Source of the DNA: a virus
Reading direction: 5' to 3' (one strand)
Length of the DNA: 31,152 bases
Virus genome (UHGV): UHGV-1981267
This document shows, in pieces, positions 19,602 to 28,097 of this stretch. Both the position numbers and the translations under genes were made by a program. How positions within the stretch are numbered: the stretch's first letter is position 1; each line of letters begins with the position of its first letter. A model generated the notes under the pieces. That model ran no database searches and had not been told where the DNA came from. It was given only the letters and a program-made list of their open reading frames with translations.

Positions 19602-19695
19602 CGTCTTTTTTCTGCTGCTGTAACCTGAGTCAACCCACAGAACATATGCCCTGCATTAAACCAGATTTACAGTAAACAATAAACCCCATATTAAG

Positions 19696-20292
19696 TCATC
19701 TACCCTCAACCATGAATGATTTGATCGTTCCGACTATTTGGTGAACAAATTCAAGATCGCTTTTCCTGAAGATGGCGCGTTGTGAGTTTGTTCCATCCAG
19801 ATAGTAATTTTCATCATCAAAACGGGCCAGGCGCTGGATAGTGATATTTCCTGCAGTATCACGAACCAGAACATCCTCGCCGGGGACCAGTTCCAGCGCA
19901 GAATCGACCAGGAGAAAATCGCCTGGCTGATAGTTTCCCTGCGTAAGATTGCTGATAGTTAACGCATACACAGTATTGCGCTGGCTGATGAATGGCAGGA
20001 ATCGCTCAGTATTTGGAACCTGTCCCGGCTTCCACTCTTCATCCGGCCCACTTTCAGTTGTGCCAATAACAGGAATGCGATCAGGGTCATATTCTGTCCC
20101 ATATAGCACCCAATGCACTGGCTTGCGTAAGCACTTAGCCAGGGCAATACCTATCTCCAGTGACGGCATTACGTCGCCACGTTCTAAGTTTTGGACGCCT
20201 GCTATAGAGATATCGACAGCCTCAGCAACTTCTCGCAACGTCAGCTTCATCTCTAAACGGCGTGCTTTCAGTCGTTCGCCTCGTGTTTTCAT
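19696..20292 (-). CDS. cB: Prophage repressor CB (HTH plus LexA/S24-like C-terminal domain)
   Basis: 198 aa. N-terminal HTH (LTLREVAEAVDISIAGVQNLERG). C-terminal domain typical of CI/LexA-type repressors. Divergent from cro. Confidence 0.88.
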   Translation of the reverse strand: MKTRGERLKARRLEMKLTLREVAEAVDISIAGVQNLERGDVMPSLEIGIALAKCLRKPVHWVLYGTEYDPDRIPVIGTTESGPDEEWKPGQVPNTERFLPFISQRNTVYALTISNLTQGNYQPGDFLLVDSALELVPGEDVLVRDTAGNITIQRLARFDDENYYLDGTNSQRAIFRKSDLEFVHQIVGTIKSFMVEGR

Positions 20293-20314
20293 AGCTTAAT
20301 CATAAATGATCTTC

Positions 20315-20356
20315 TTATAGCTGGCTATAAAATTTATTTATTATAGCTGGCTTTAA
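20315..20356. promoter_or_regulatory. immB operator repeats between cB and cro
   Basis: TTATAGCTGGCTATAA (20315..20330, inverted arms TTATAGC / GCTATAA) and a second copy TTATAGCTGGCTTTAA (20341..20356). TATAAT at 20372..20377 precedes the cro ATG. Confidence 0.5.
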
Positions 20357-20383
20357 TTGTTGTTTATTGTTTATAATAACAAC

Positions 20384-20605
20384 ATGAAACCAGAAGAACT
20401 TATTCGCCATTTTGGCAGTGTAGAAAAAGCAGCGGCAGGGGTAGGTGTAACACCCGGAGCTGTTTACCAATGGTTAACCGCTGGAGAGATTCCTTCATTG
20501 CGGCAAAGCGATATTGAAGTTCGTACTGCTTATAAGCTGAAGAGTGACTTTACAACTCGGCGGGTAAAGCAGTCGATTAAGGAGAGTCGTAAGCGTGGAG
20601 CTTGA
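20384..20605 (+). CDS. cro: Cro-like HTH regulator
   Basis: ATG at 20384 gives MKPEELIRHFGSVEKAAAGVGVTPGAVYQWL... (HTH). No SD and a -10 hexamer just upstream suggest a leaderless mRNA. Track ORF begins at TTG 20357. Confidence 0.7.
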   Translation: MKPEELIRHFGSVEKAAAGVGVTPGAVYQWLTAGEIPSLRQSDIEVRTAYKLKSDFTTRRVKQSIKESRKRGA

Positions 20606-21305
20606 GTATATACGCAGCTGCGTCTCTACGGCATTGGCTGATGTTCATTATCGCCAGCGTGGCATTCTGGAGGTCCAGCTTGAGCAGATGCGTCTCGGTA
20701 GGTCAGGACGGTTTAACAATAAACCAGTCTGGTCAATCAGTGTGGGGGATGATAACTCATACGAAGTGTCCGTTCCTGCTGAGCCGGTTAGATTCCACCA
20801 GGGGAAAACATTTAAACAATCATCAATGTTGCTCACTGATATTGATTTTCAGAGCGCCAGCTGGCGCAGGGCTATTGGTCAGTTGAATAACGAGGAATCA
20901 GCCTGGCTTTATTATTGCTACGGATGCAAGCCTGATTACAACAATGATGTGATTGTTTGTCAGTGGTTATGGCTTGATTTTCTGGTTGCTCATTCGGGGG
21001 GCGGCTTTAAAAAAATGAAGGCCTCCACGAAAAAAGCCATGCGGAAATTGATTTATTACGCGGCACAGCAGGTTAAATCAGAACTTACGTGTGCTGAAGC
21101 AGTTGATGAGAGAGAACAGGACAGGCATCTGAGTTTTCTACTGAATATATCTATTGATAGCTGGAGACAAGATTATAAAGAGCGCTGGCTTTTAATTAAG
21201 TCGCGATGTCTGAGCTTAAATCGAACTGCATTATTAAATGCGGCGGAGAAGCGCAGTGAAATCATCAAACGCCATCGGGCAGGAAGTGCCATTCTGCCTT
21301 TGTAA
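20595..21305 (+). CDS. Possible late-gene antiterminator (Q-like), otherwise hypothetical
   Basis: 236-aa ORF with GTG start overlapping the cro stop. Cys cluster YYCYGC...C. Position after cro as recalled for N15 Q. No sequence match could be verified. Confidence 0.4.
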   Translation: MELEYIRSCVSTALADVHYRQRGILEVQLEQMRLGRSGRFNNKPVWSISVGDDNSYEVSVPAEPVRFHQGKTFKQSSMLLTDIDFQSASWRRAIGQLNNEESAWLYYCYGCKPDYNNDVIVCQWLWLDFLVAHSGGGFKKMKASTKKAMRKLIYYAAQQVKSELTCAEAVDEREQDRHLSFLLNISIDSWRQDYKERWLLIKSRCLSLNRTALLNAAEKRSEIIKRHRAGSAILPL

Positions 21306-21312
21306 ACAAGTT

Positions 21313-21558
21313 ATGTTCAGGAAACCGTCGAAGCCAGAATTAAGGTATTCGGGGGTAAGAAATGAATATGTTATCTGGTGTCCAACTTGTGGTTACAGGA
21401 CACGACCAGATAGTAATAAGCAGTCTGTAATTGCCGATTGGTATTTATCAAATCAGCCAGGTAATAAGCATATAGAAAATCTTTGGATTAAGCGTTACTT
21501 GGAAATCAGAGAGGGTGCGACCGTGGTCGCACAAGAAAATGAAAATAACGCCATTTAA
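21313..21558 (+). CDS. Small zinc-ribbon protein
   Basis: Internal ATG of track ORF 21238..21558. CPTCGY motif. Contains a sopC-like site at its 3' end. Confidence 0.4.
   Translation: MFRKPSKPELRYSGVRNEYVIWCPTCGYRTRPDSNKQSVIADWYLSNQPGNKHIENLWIKRYLEIREGATVVAQENENNAI
21516..21531. other. sopC-like centromere palindrome
   Basis: TGCGACCGTGGTCGCA. Confidence 0.7.
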
Positions 21559-21742
21559 GCAGGGGCCGATGACGCATGATGAAGCAGAGCGTCTTTCAGA
21601 TACTTATCGGCGGCGTGGTAAGAAAGTTCTGGTTGTTCGTTCTGATTTTTTAGGTGATGGATATTGCGTTTATGTTCATTTACCTGAATCAGAAAGAACG
21701 CCAAAACCATCCAGAACATATCAACAGAAAATTTGGGTATAG
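21539..21742 (+). CDS. Hypothetical small protein (start uncertain; alternative ATG 21569)
   Basis: Track ORF 21515..21742. No motif recognised. Confidence 0.3.
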   Translation: MKITPFKQGPMTHDEAERLSDTYRRRGKKVLVVRSDFLGDGYCVYVHLPESERTPKPSRTYQQKIWV

Positions 21743-21765
21743 ATAAACGTTGAGGAGAATTATTC

Positions 21766-22365
21766 GTGACTAATCAGATTATTTACGACAGGAAACGGTC
21801 TGATGTAATGATTGACCTTGAAACAATGGGTACTAACACATGTGCTCCAATTGTTTCTATCGGGGCAGTGTTTTTTTCTCCAGAAAGTGAGGAATTAGGT
21901 CCTACTTTTTATGTGCCAGTGAATCTCAGAAGCTCGATGTTGAATGGTGGTATCGCCGATGGTGATACCATTTTATGGTGGTTGAAACAGAGCAAGGAAG
22001 CCAGAGCCGCTATTTGTACTAATGATGCCCTTGATATTAAGGATGCACTTTTTGAATTATCACACTTTATTACTTGCCATGCATGTAATTTAAAAAAGTT
22101 GAAAGTATGGGGAAATGGAGCAACGTTCGATAATGTAATTTTACGCGGTGCTTATGAGCGCGTTGGCTTAGCCTGTCCGTGGGAATATTTTAATGATCAG
22201 GATGTTCGAACAATCGTTAATCTTGGTCAGTTTATTGGTTTTAATCCTAAAAAAGATATGCCATTTGATGGCGAACGACACAATGCCCTGGCTGATGCTA
22301 TTCATCAGGCTAAATATGTATCCGCAATTTTCTCCCGTCTTGTAAAAGGGCAAGGAGAATCGTAA
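21766..22365 (+). CDS. 3'-5' exonuclease, DnaQ-like DEDDh family
   Basis: GTG start with SD GAGGAG 8 nt upstream. Motifs IDLETMG (Exo I), GNGATFDNVIL (Exo II), ERHNALADA (Exo III). Confidence 0.75.
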   Translation: MTNQIIYDRKRSDVMIDLETMGTNTCAPIVSIGAVFFSPESEELGPTFYVPVNLRSSMLNGGIADGDTILWWLKQSKEARAAICTNDALDIKDALFELSHFITCHACNLKKLKVWGNGATFDNVILRGAYERVGLACPWEYFNDQDVRTIVNLGQFIGFNPKKDMPFDGERHNALADAIHQAKYVSAIFSRLVKGQGES

Positions 22366-22784
22366 TGGCAAAGGCTTTTACACCAGAACAGAGGGAAGAA
22401 CTGAATAAACAAATTGTGGAACTCGTGCGCCTGAATGGACGAGGAACGGTTAGGCAACTTGCGGATGAAACTGGTATTAGCCGGTGTGCTGTTAGTCGTT
22501 TATCAAGAGAGCTTGCTGCCAGTGGTGATTTGTATATCTCTGGCTCCGGGATATTTCTGTCTGCACAAGCACGCAAGGACTGGCAAAACGCCCGTAAAAA
22601 ACTATCAAGAGTAAAGCCGAAGAAATCGGTAGTGGTTGATCCAGACCTTATCTGGTCATTACCTGACGGAGAAATACGTCGTTACGACAGGCGCTTGAAC
22701 ATGATTTGTCACGATTGCCGGAAAAGTGAAGTTATGCAGCGTGTGCTGGCTTTTTATCAGGGAAATTTACAGGAGGTGGCGTAG
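22365..22784 (+). CDS. Putative DNA-binding protein (HTH-like)
   Basis: 139-aa ORF. Segment TVRQLADETGISRCAVSRLSREL resembles an HTH. Start overlaps upstream stop. Confidence 0.45.
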   Translation: MAKAFTPEQREELNKQIVELVRLNGRGTVRQLADETGISRCAVSRLSRELAASGDLYISGSGIFLSAQARKDWQNARKKLSRVKPKKSVVVDPDLIWSLPDGEIRRYDRRLNMICHDCRKSEVMQRVLAFYQGNLQEVA

Positions 22785-23074
22785 TGAATATCGACACCAC
22801 GATAACGATCGATACGGCCCTAAATATCGGTCTGGCACTTCTCGGTTGGTTTTACATCATGTTCAGTGCGGGGAAGTGGGCGGCCTCTGTTTTTCTAAAG
22901 CAGTGGGGAAAGCACCGCAAACAGGAAAGACGCCAGAAAGTGTTAGAGGCGTTCTATGACGCATTTGAACTTAGCCGCATTGAGCCAGGCACAACAGCCA
23001 AGATAGCGAAAAAAGGCGACCTGATGATAGTGATGTTCCGACAGGAGAGAGCAGAGAAAGGGGAATCAGCATGA
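22784..23074 (+). CDS. Small membrane protein
   Basis: 96-aa ORF with one hydrophobic segment (LNIGLALLGWFYIMF). Confidence 0.4.
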   Translation: MNIDTTITIDTALNIGLALLGWFYIMFSAGKWAASVFLKQWGKHRKQERRQKVLEAFYDAFELSRIEPGTTAKIAKKGDLMIVMFRQERAEKGESA

Positions 23075-23730
23075 AATTTTCCAAATTTTCTGAGTTGGTG
23101 AATCGTATTTTGTCCAACAACCACAGCCATCGTCGCGATATGGATGTAACAATCGTTATTCATTCGCCTGGCAGCATTGGTTCAACACCCTCAGTTGAGG
23201 TTCAGTCAATTCACGCTGGTTTTGATTGGGATTCCGGGAAAGTGCTGATTTTCCCAGCACAGCCACTGACTACGCTAACACCAGAACAGATTACTGATAT
23301 TACTGATAGTGTGCGCAAAGGTCAGTCCTGGCACGCATATCAGGAATACAAGAAGCATAAAGAGCAGTTGGAAAAATTGTCGATTGAACTGGATGCTGCA
23401 AAACAGCGCGTAGCAGAACTGGAAGCCAAACCTGTAAGCCAAACTTACAAGTTAACTTTTGAGCAATGGCTGGAACAGCAGCATGACAAAATTGATGTTG
23501 ATTGTGGATGCGTAAGTACTGAAATGTTTATGCACTGGATAAGGGTCGCGTATGAGGCTGGCAACTCTCCGGTAACTCCGGATGGTCATGTTCAGTTTTC
23601 TGTTTCACTTCCTGCAGCGTTTGGTGGAGATAAATATTTTATTGATGGTGTATTTCAACCTTTGAGATATGAGCGTGACTGTGAAAGGGCGGTTGTGGCC
23701 GCTGGCGGTGTAGTTAATTGGGTTAAGTAA
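23071..23730 (+). CDS. Hypothetical protein with central coiled coil
   Basis: 219-aa ORF. Heptad-like segment KEQLEKLSIELDAAKQRVAELEAK. No catalytic motif recognised. Confidence 0.5.
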   Translation: MKFSKFSELVNRILSNNHSHRRDMDVTIVIHSPGSIGSTPSVEVQSIHAGFDWDSGKVLIFPAQPLTTLTPEQITDITDSVRKGQSWHAYQEYKKHKEQLEKLSIELDAAKQRVAELEAKPVSQTYKLTFEQWLEQQHDKIDVDCGCVSTEMFMHWIRVAYEAGNSPVTPDGHVQFSVSLPAAFGGDKYFIDGVFQPLRYERDCERAVVAAGGVVNWVK

Positions 23731-23745
23731 TTTTCAGGAGGATTT

Positions 23746-24072
23746 ATGGCGCTGACACCGGCAGAACGGCAAAGGAGACGCAGGGAACGGTTGAAGAAGG
23801 AAGGCACATCAAGACGGGACTGGATTCTAGAACCTGACGAGTTACGTATGTTGGGGGAAATTTGTGTATTGCGTAGACCAGGGCGAGTTCCATATTCGGA
23901 GAACGAAGTCATTGGTTTGCTGATCAGGAAAAACTATAAGGAGCTGCAGAAGCAGCTATCTACTACTTGCCCGCGATGTGGTCAAAAAATGCCTGTTTCA
24001 GAATGCATTTTTGATGGCGAAGGGTCATGCCACCTTACAACCACGAGGCTGAAACTTGCGCTCAAAGCGTGA
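23746..24072 (+). CDS. Hypothetical basic protein with zinc-ribbon-like CPRCG...C...C
   Basis: 108-aa ORF. SD AGGAGG upstream. Arg-rich N-terminus. Confidence 0.5.
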   Translation: MALTPAERQRRRRERLKKEGTSRRDWILEPDELRMLGEICVLRRPGRVPYSENEVIGLLIRKNYKELQKQLSTTCPRCGQKMPVSECIFDGEGSCHLTTTRLKLALKA

Positions 24073-24090
24073 CTGGTCACGGAGGGATAA

Positions 24091-24333
24091 ATGGATAAAA
24101 AGGCATTGCTTTTTGAAATGATACGAAAACGGAGCGAAAAGAGCTTTTCTGATGGTGGTGATGGGTTTGTTTTCGCTTCGATGCTTGCTTTTGATGTTGG
24201 GTTAAATAGCAGAATTGTTAAAAGGATGCTTGATTCTGCTGTCCGTACTGGACTTCTTGAGAAAGTTGATCGTGGCATAGGGAGAGAGCATAAGTATCGG
24301 GCCACACAGCAGTTTACGCAGTTAATTCATTGA
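24091..24333 (+). CDS. Hypothetical protein
   Basis: 80-aa ORF with SD GGAGGG upstream. Confidence 0.45.
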   Translation: MDKKALLFEMIRKRSEKSFSDGGDGFVFASMLAFDVGLNSRIVKRMLDSAVRTGLLEKVDRGIGREHKYRATQQFTQLIH

Positions 24334-24415
24334 AAATTGACCGTAAAGTTTGAGTTTTACCCTGTAATTTTATACAGTACAAACAACCTTTTTTAGTTAA
24401 ATGGTATGAGATTTA

Positions 24416-24619
24416 ATGTCTGAAGCAGCCGTATCAACTCTTGAACAACTCGATTCAAATTTAAGAGATATTGACGCCATTCTGGATCTGGTTAGCGTCA
24501 CCCTGGCTTCTCCAGAAGCCAGCCTACATATTGGTGAGGTTTCACGACTCATCAACATGTCGCGAGAGATTGCCCAGCATTGTCAGAAAACTATCGCTGT
24601 TGAGCGTTCACATCATTGA
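24416..24619 (+). CDS. Hypothetical protein
   Basis: 67-aa ORF. Convergent with the toxin-antitoxin pair. Confidence 0.4.
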   Translation: MSEAAVSTLEQLDSNLRDIDAILDLVSVTLASPEASLHIGEVSRLINMSREIAQHCQKTIAVERSHH

Positions 24620-24661
24620 TGCACACCCCGCCCTTCTGGACGGGGTAGTAAAAGAGTCTAA

Positions 24662-24949
24662 TTAATAAACAGCGCGAATATCGATGGCTGCGCCGCAGGC
24701 ATGAGCATATTTAGCCAAAGTTTTCATACTTGCCCCTAAAGGATTGCTTTCCAGGCGGCTGATGGCTGACGGTCGTAACCCCATTCGTTCAGCCAGAGCT
24801 GATTTCGTTAAACCTGCTCTTTCCCTCATTTCGTATAACATTTCGACCATCTCCAGCTCTTTGTCGGCCTCTTCATATCCTTTGACGGCTTCTGGAGTGT
24901 TGAGGAGTTTTTCTTTTACTTCGTTAAACGGGATGCCTTTCGCTTTCAT
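24662..24949 (-). CDS. HTH antitoxin (HigA / Xre-like)
   Basis: 95 aa. HTH LTKSALAERMGLRPSAISRLES. Immediately downstream of, and overlapping, the toxin gene. Confidence 0.8.
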   Translation of the reverse strand: MKAKGIPFNEVKEKLLNTPEAVKGYEEADKELEMVEMLYEMRERAGLTKSALAERMGLRPSAISRLESNPLGASMKTLAKYAHACGAAIDIRAVY

Positions 24950-25260
24950 CAGTTCATCTCCTTCAGGCGAGTTCTGGCGATTTCGATAGCCTTCACCGGT
25001 GTTTTCTGTGTCTTTTTTACAAATGCATGCAATAGATAAATTTCGTTACCAGTCGCGTAGACGTACAGCGTTCTTGCGATGTTTTTATCCCCTACTCGTA
25101 GTTCAAAAAGCCCTCCACCTATTACACGGCTATGGGGCATCTTCAGTTTGTTGCCTTCTTTCTCCAGTCGCTCAATTAATCTGGCCATGCGACCTCGCAA
25201 ATCATCTGGTAGTTCAAGCAGTTCATCCAGTGCTGCAGGGTGGGTTATCACGTTAAACAT
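24949..25260 (-). CDS. RelE/ParE-superfamily toxin (HigB / Gp49-like)
   Basis: ATG at 25260 with SD GGAGG. Motifs GGGLFELRVGDK..IARTLYVYATGNEIYLLHAFVKKTQKTP typical of this toxin family. Track ORF extends to 25305. Confidence 0.8.
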   Translation of the reverse strand: MFNVITHPAALDELLELPDDLRGRMARLIERLEKEGNKLKMPHSRVIGGGLFELRVGDKNIARTLYVYATGNEIYLLHAFVKKTQKTPVKAIEIARTRLKEMN

Positions 25261-25425
25261 ATTATAGCCTCCACATCCATAAAATACACCAAAACAAGAA
25301 AACAATGTAAATTAAAAATTTCACTAAAAAGCGAAAAATAACACTGGATGTGTTCGTTTGGCAGAGTTACAGTTCGTGTCATTGAGGGGCAATAACCCAC
25401 TAACTATATGAATTTGGAGGATATT

Positions 25426-25647
25426 ATGAATTATCAAGGTAACGAAAAAATGCGCGACGACGTTGCGGAGATAGCTAACGAACTGTATGAGTTGTGGCAG
25501 AAGGTTGAACGTTTCGAAAAGGAATATGGTTTCAACAGTACCAACCTGGCAGACCGACTGGCTGGTCGCTTAGTTGGGACTATGGGGCCAAAACTGGCTG
25601 AGTTGAACCGCTTTATGGCTGATGTTGATTTCCAGTTTCAAGATTGA
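25426..25647 (+). CDS. Hypothetical protein
   Basis: ATG at 25426 with SD GGAGG (25416..25420). Track ORF begins at 25408. Confidence 0.5.
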   Translation: MNYQGNEKMRDDVAEIANELYELWQKVERFEKEYGFNSTNLADRLAGRLVGTMGPKLAELNRFMADVDFQFQD

Positions 25648-25660
25648 TTAGAGAGGCGTT

Positions 25661-25888
25661 ATGAATATTAATGAAATTCGTGGAAATATGACTGAAGCGG
25701 CCCTGAGTGTGGAATGTGTTATGCGTGGATACCCACGCATTTCCCTGAAAGAGTTAAGCGAAGCCTGTTTTTTGAGTCAAGCTGCCGTTGAATTTATCAT
25801 CGAACAGATGATCTGTTTTGGGGTTGCAAAGCGTAGCGGGTCTGGTCGATATTCTTTGACCGATGAATATAAGCAGGCAACTTTCTAA
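25661..25888 (+). CDS. Hypothetical protein
   Basis: 75-aa ORF closely following the previous gene. Confidence 0.45.
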   Translation: MNINEIRGNMTEAALSVECVMRGYPRISLKELSEACFLSQAAVEFIIEQMICFGVAKRSGSGRYSLTDEYKQATF

Positions 25889-25894
25889 AAACTG

Positions 25895-25910
25895 TGCGAC
25901 CACGGTCGCA
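25895..25910. other. sopC-like centromere palindrome
   Basis: TGCGACCACGGTCGCA, within the longer palindrome CTGTGCGACCACGGTCGCACAG. Confidence 0.7.
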
Positions 25911-25930
25911 CAGCACAAAAACGAAAAAGC

Positions 25931-25960
25931 TTGGCAAAATTACGGTTTTTAGTTATTGTT
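25931..25960 (+). promoter_or_regulatory. Candidate sigma70 promoter (possible late promoter)
   Basis: TTGGCA (25931..25936), 18-bp spacer, TATTGT (25955..25960). Followed closely by hairpins and a terminator. Confidence 0.35.
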
Positions 25961-25997
25961 TTGTTAAGTTGGGTTTTTTGTACCCAACAGCCAACAA

Positions 25998-26022
25998 GCC
26001 GCCTTTATGGCGGTTTTTTTGT
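25998..26022 (+). terminator. Intrinsic terminator downstream of the candidate promoter (tR'-like)
   Basis: Stem GCCGCC / GGCGGT, loop TTTAT, then a 7-T run. A second hairpin GTTGGG...CCCAAC lies at 25968..25988. Confidence 0.6.
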
Positions 26023-26110
26023 GCCTGAAAAGTGGGCGCAGGACAAGTTGCAGCTTGTCCTGCGGTCAACCCATGCCAGAGCTATAGGCTGAACCTAAAG
26101 CCCACCCGCG

Positions 26111-27232
26111 ATGCGCATCGCCGGGTTAGCTTACCCAGGCAAAAAAATAATAGCTATGTTCAAAACCACTAATATTCATGGCGCGCAACTCGTTTGCGCA
26201 GATTCTCTGCAATTTATCAAAACCATCCCTGATAACTCGGTCAATTTGATTGCAACAGACCCACCATACTTCGGCGTAAAGGCTAACGCATGGGATAACC
26301 AGTGGGATAGCGATGCTGACTTTTTGGGGTGGATTGATGAATTTTTGGCAGAATTTTGGCGGATATTGGCCCCTAATGGCAGCCTGTATATGTTTACCGG
26401 CTCTCGCCTTGCGTCAAAAATTGAATTATTAACTCGCGACCGTTTCAATGTTCTGAACCATATCATTTGGGCTAAACCCAGTGGTATGTGGCGCGGTTGT
26501 CATAAAGAAAGTTTAAGGGCTTATTTTCCTGCCACTGAAAGAATATTATTTGCAGAGCATTACGGCGCGTCAGGTTATGCTAAAGGTCAGTCAGGTTATG
26601 CTTCAAAATGTGCAGATTTAAGAAAAAATATTTTTTCTCCACTAATTGATGCTTTTTCGCTGGCTCGCCGTCAGTTAGATATATCAGCCGCAGACATTAA
26701 TTCAGCAACAGGAAAGCAGATGTGTTCGCACTGGTTTTCTTATTCGCAGTGGCGGCTTCCATCATTAAGTGATTTTAATAAACTATGCGAATTATTTCGC
26801 AGGAAGGCAGATTCACTCGGTGTCCCGTGTCCATATCCTTTTAATGTTGATTATTCAGAACATGAAAAGCGTTATAGCGATCTGAAATTGCGTTATGAGG
26901 AAGTAAAGAAGCAGTATGATGATTTGAAGGCTCAGTATGAAAATTTGCGCCGCCCATTTCATGTTACTGCTGATGTACCTTATACCGATGTATGGGAGTT
27001 TCCTCCTGTGCAATATTATCCTGGCAAGCACCCATGTGAAAAACCTGCAGCGATGATGGAACATATTATAAAAAGTAGTTCCCGCCCCGGAGATATCGTT
27101 GCCGATTTCTTTATGGGATCAGGCTCTACTATTAAAGCCGCGCTGAAGTTAGGTCGTCAGGCAATCGGTATTGAGATTGAGGGTGAACGTTATCTTCAGA
27201 CAGTTGATGAAGTGAAAAAGTTATTTGAGTAA
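26111..27232 (+). CDS. DNA methyltransferase, likely N6-adenine (beta-class amino-MTase)
   Basis: DPPY motif near the N-terminus (LIATDPPYFG). FxGxG-type AdoMet motif near the C-terminus (DFFMGSGST). Alternative start ATG 26156. Confidence 0.8.
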   Translation: MRIAGLAYPGKKIIAMFKTTNIHGAQLVCADSLQFIKTIPDNSVNLIATDPPYFGVKANAWDNQWDSDADFLGWIDEFLAEFWRILAPNGSLYMFTGSRLASKIELLTRDRFNVLNHIIWAKPSGMWRGCHKESLRAYFPATERILFAEHYGASGYAKGQSGYASKCADLRKNIFSPLIDAFSLARRQLDISAADINSATGKQMCSHWFSYSQWRLPSLSDFNKLCELFRRKADSLGVPCPYPFNVDYSEHEKRYSDLKLRYEEVKKQYDDLKAQYENLRRPFHVTADVPYTDVWEFPPVQYYPGKHPCEKPAAMMEHIIKSSSRPGDIVADFFMGSGSTIKAALKLGRQAIGIEIEGERYLQTVDEVKKLFE

Positions 27233-27327
27233 CTGAAGAATATATTCCCCTGCCGTTTTTGATGGGGTTATTTCTCGCCGTATAGTTTCCAAGCCGAAAC
27301 CTCAGCAACTATTGCGAGGTAAGAGAT

Positions 27328-27600
27328 ATGAAGATGGATGAACGATACAGCAGCGCATCTTATGGTAGTGCTGGTCTTACTGCGTTCTTTGCCAGCCTGT
27401 CATTGCAGGATTGGGGCTTCATTATCGGTGTCGCGTTCAGCATTATCCTCGGTGTACTTACATACCGGCTCAATAAACGCGAGCAGATGAAGCGCACGAA
27501 GATATTGCAGGACATATTGGATAAAACTGATGCCAATAATATTTCCGCCACGGCGATGGTTATTGGTGAATTGGGAAAGAGAGCACCGAAGGAAATATGA
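27328..27600 (+). CDS. Pinholin (phage 21 S21-like class II holin) with dual-start motif
   Basis: MKM dual start. Pattern [35 protein letters not shown] parallels recalled S21. Directly precedes a SAR endolysin. Confidence 0.75.
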   Translation: MKMDERYSSASYGSAGLTAFFASLSLQDWGFIIGVAFSIILGVLTYRLNKREQMKRTKILQDILDKTDANNISATAMVIGELGKRAPKEI

Positions 27601-28097
27601 TGCAGTCATCATTACGCAAAGCTGTCGCAACAGCTATTGGTGGCGGGGCTATTGCCATAGCATCTGTGCTCATCTCTGGTCCGAGCGGCAACGATGGTCT
27701 GGAAGGTGTGAGACATAACCCCTACAAAGACATCGTTGGTGTATGGACTGTATGTTACGGGCATACAGGAAAAGACATTATGCTCGGTAAAACGTATACC
27801 GAAGCAGAATGCAAAGCTCTCCTGAATAAAGACCTTGCTACTGTCGCCAGACAAATTAACCCGTACATCAAAGTCGATATACCGGAAACAACGCGTGGTG
27901 CTCTTTACTCGTTCGTTTACAACGTGGGTGCAGGCAATTTCAGAACATCGACACTTCTTCGCAAAATCAACCAGGGCGATATCAAAGGTGCATGTGATCA
28001 ACTACGTCGCTGGACATATGCTGGCGGTAAGCAATGGAAAGGGCTGATGACTCGCCGTGAGATTGAGCGTGAAGTCTGTTTGTGGGGGCAGCAATGA
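27597..28097 (+). CDS. SAR endolysin (lysozyme, phage 21 R-like)
   Basis: N-terminal signal-anchor-release segment [33 protein letters not shown] and lysozyme core. ATG overlaps the holin stop. Confidence 0.9.
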   Translation: MMQSSLRKAVATAIGGGAIAIASVLISGPSGNDGLEGVRHNPYKDIVGVWTVCYGHTGKDIMLGKTYTEAECKALLNKDLATVARQINPYIKVDIPETTRGALYSFVYNVGAGNFRTSTLLRKINQGDIKGACDQLRRWTYAGGKQWKGLMTRREIEREVCLWGQQ

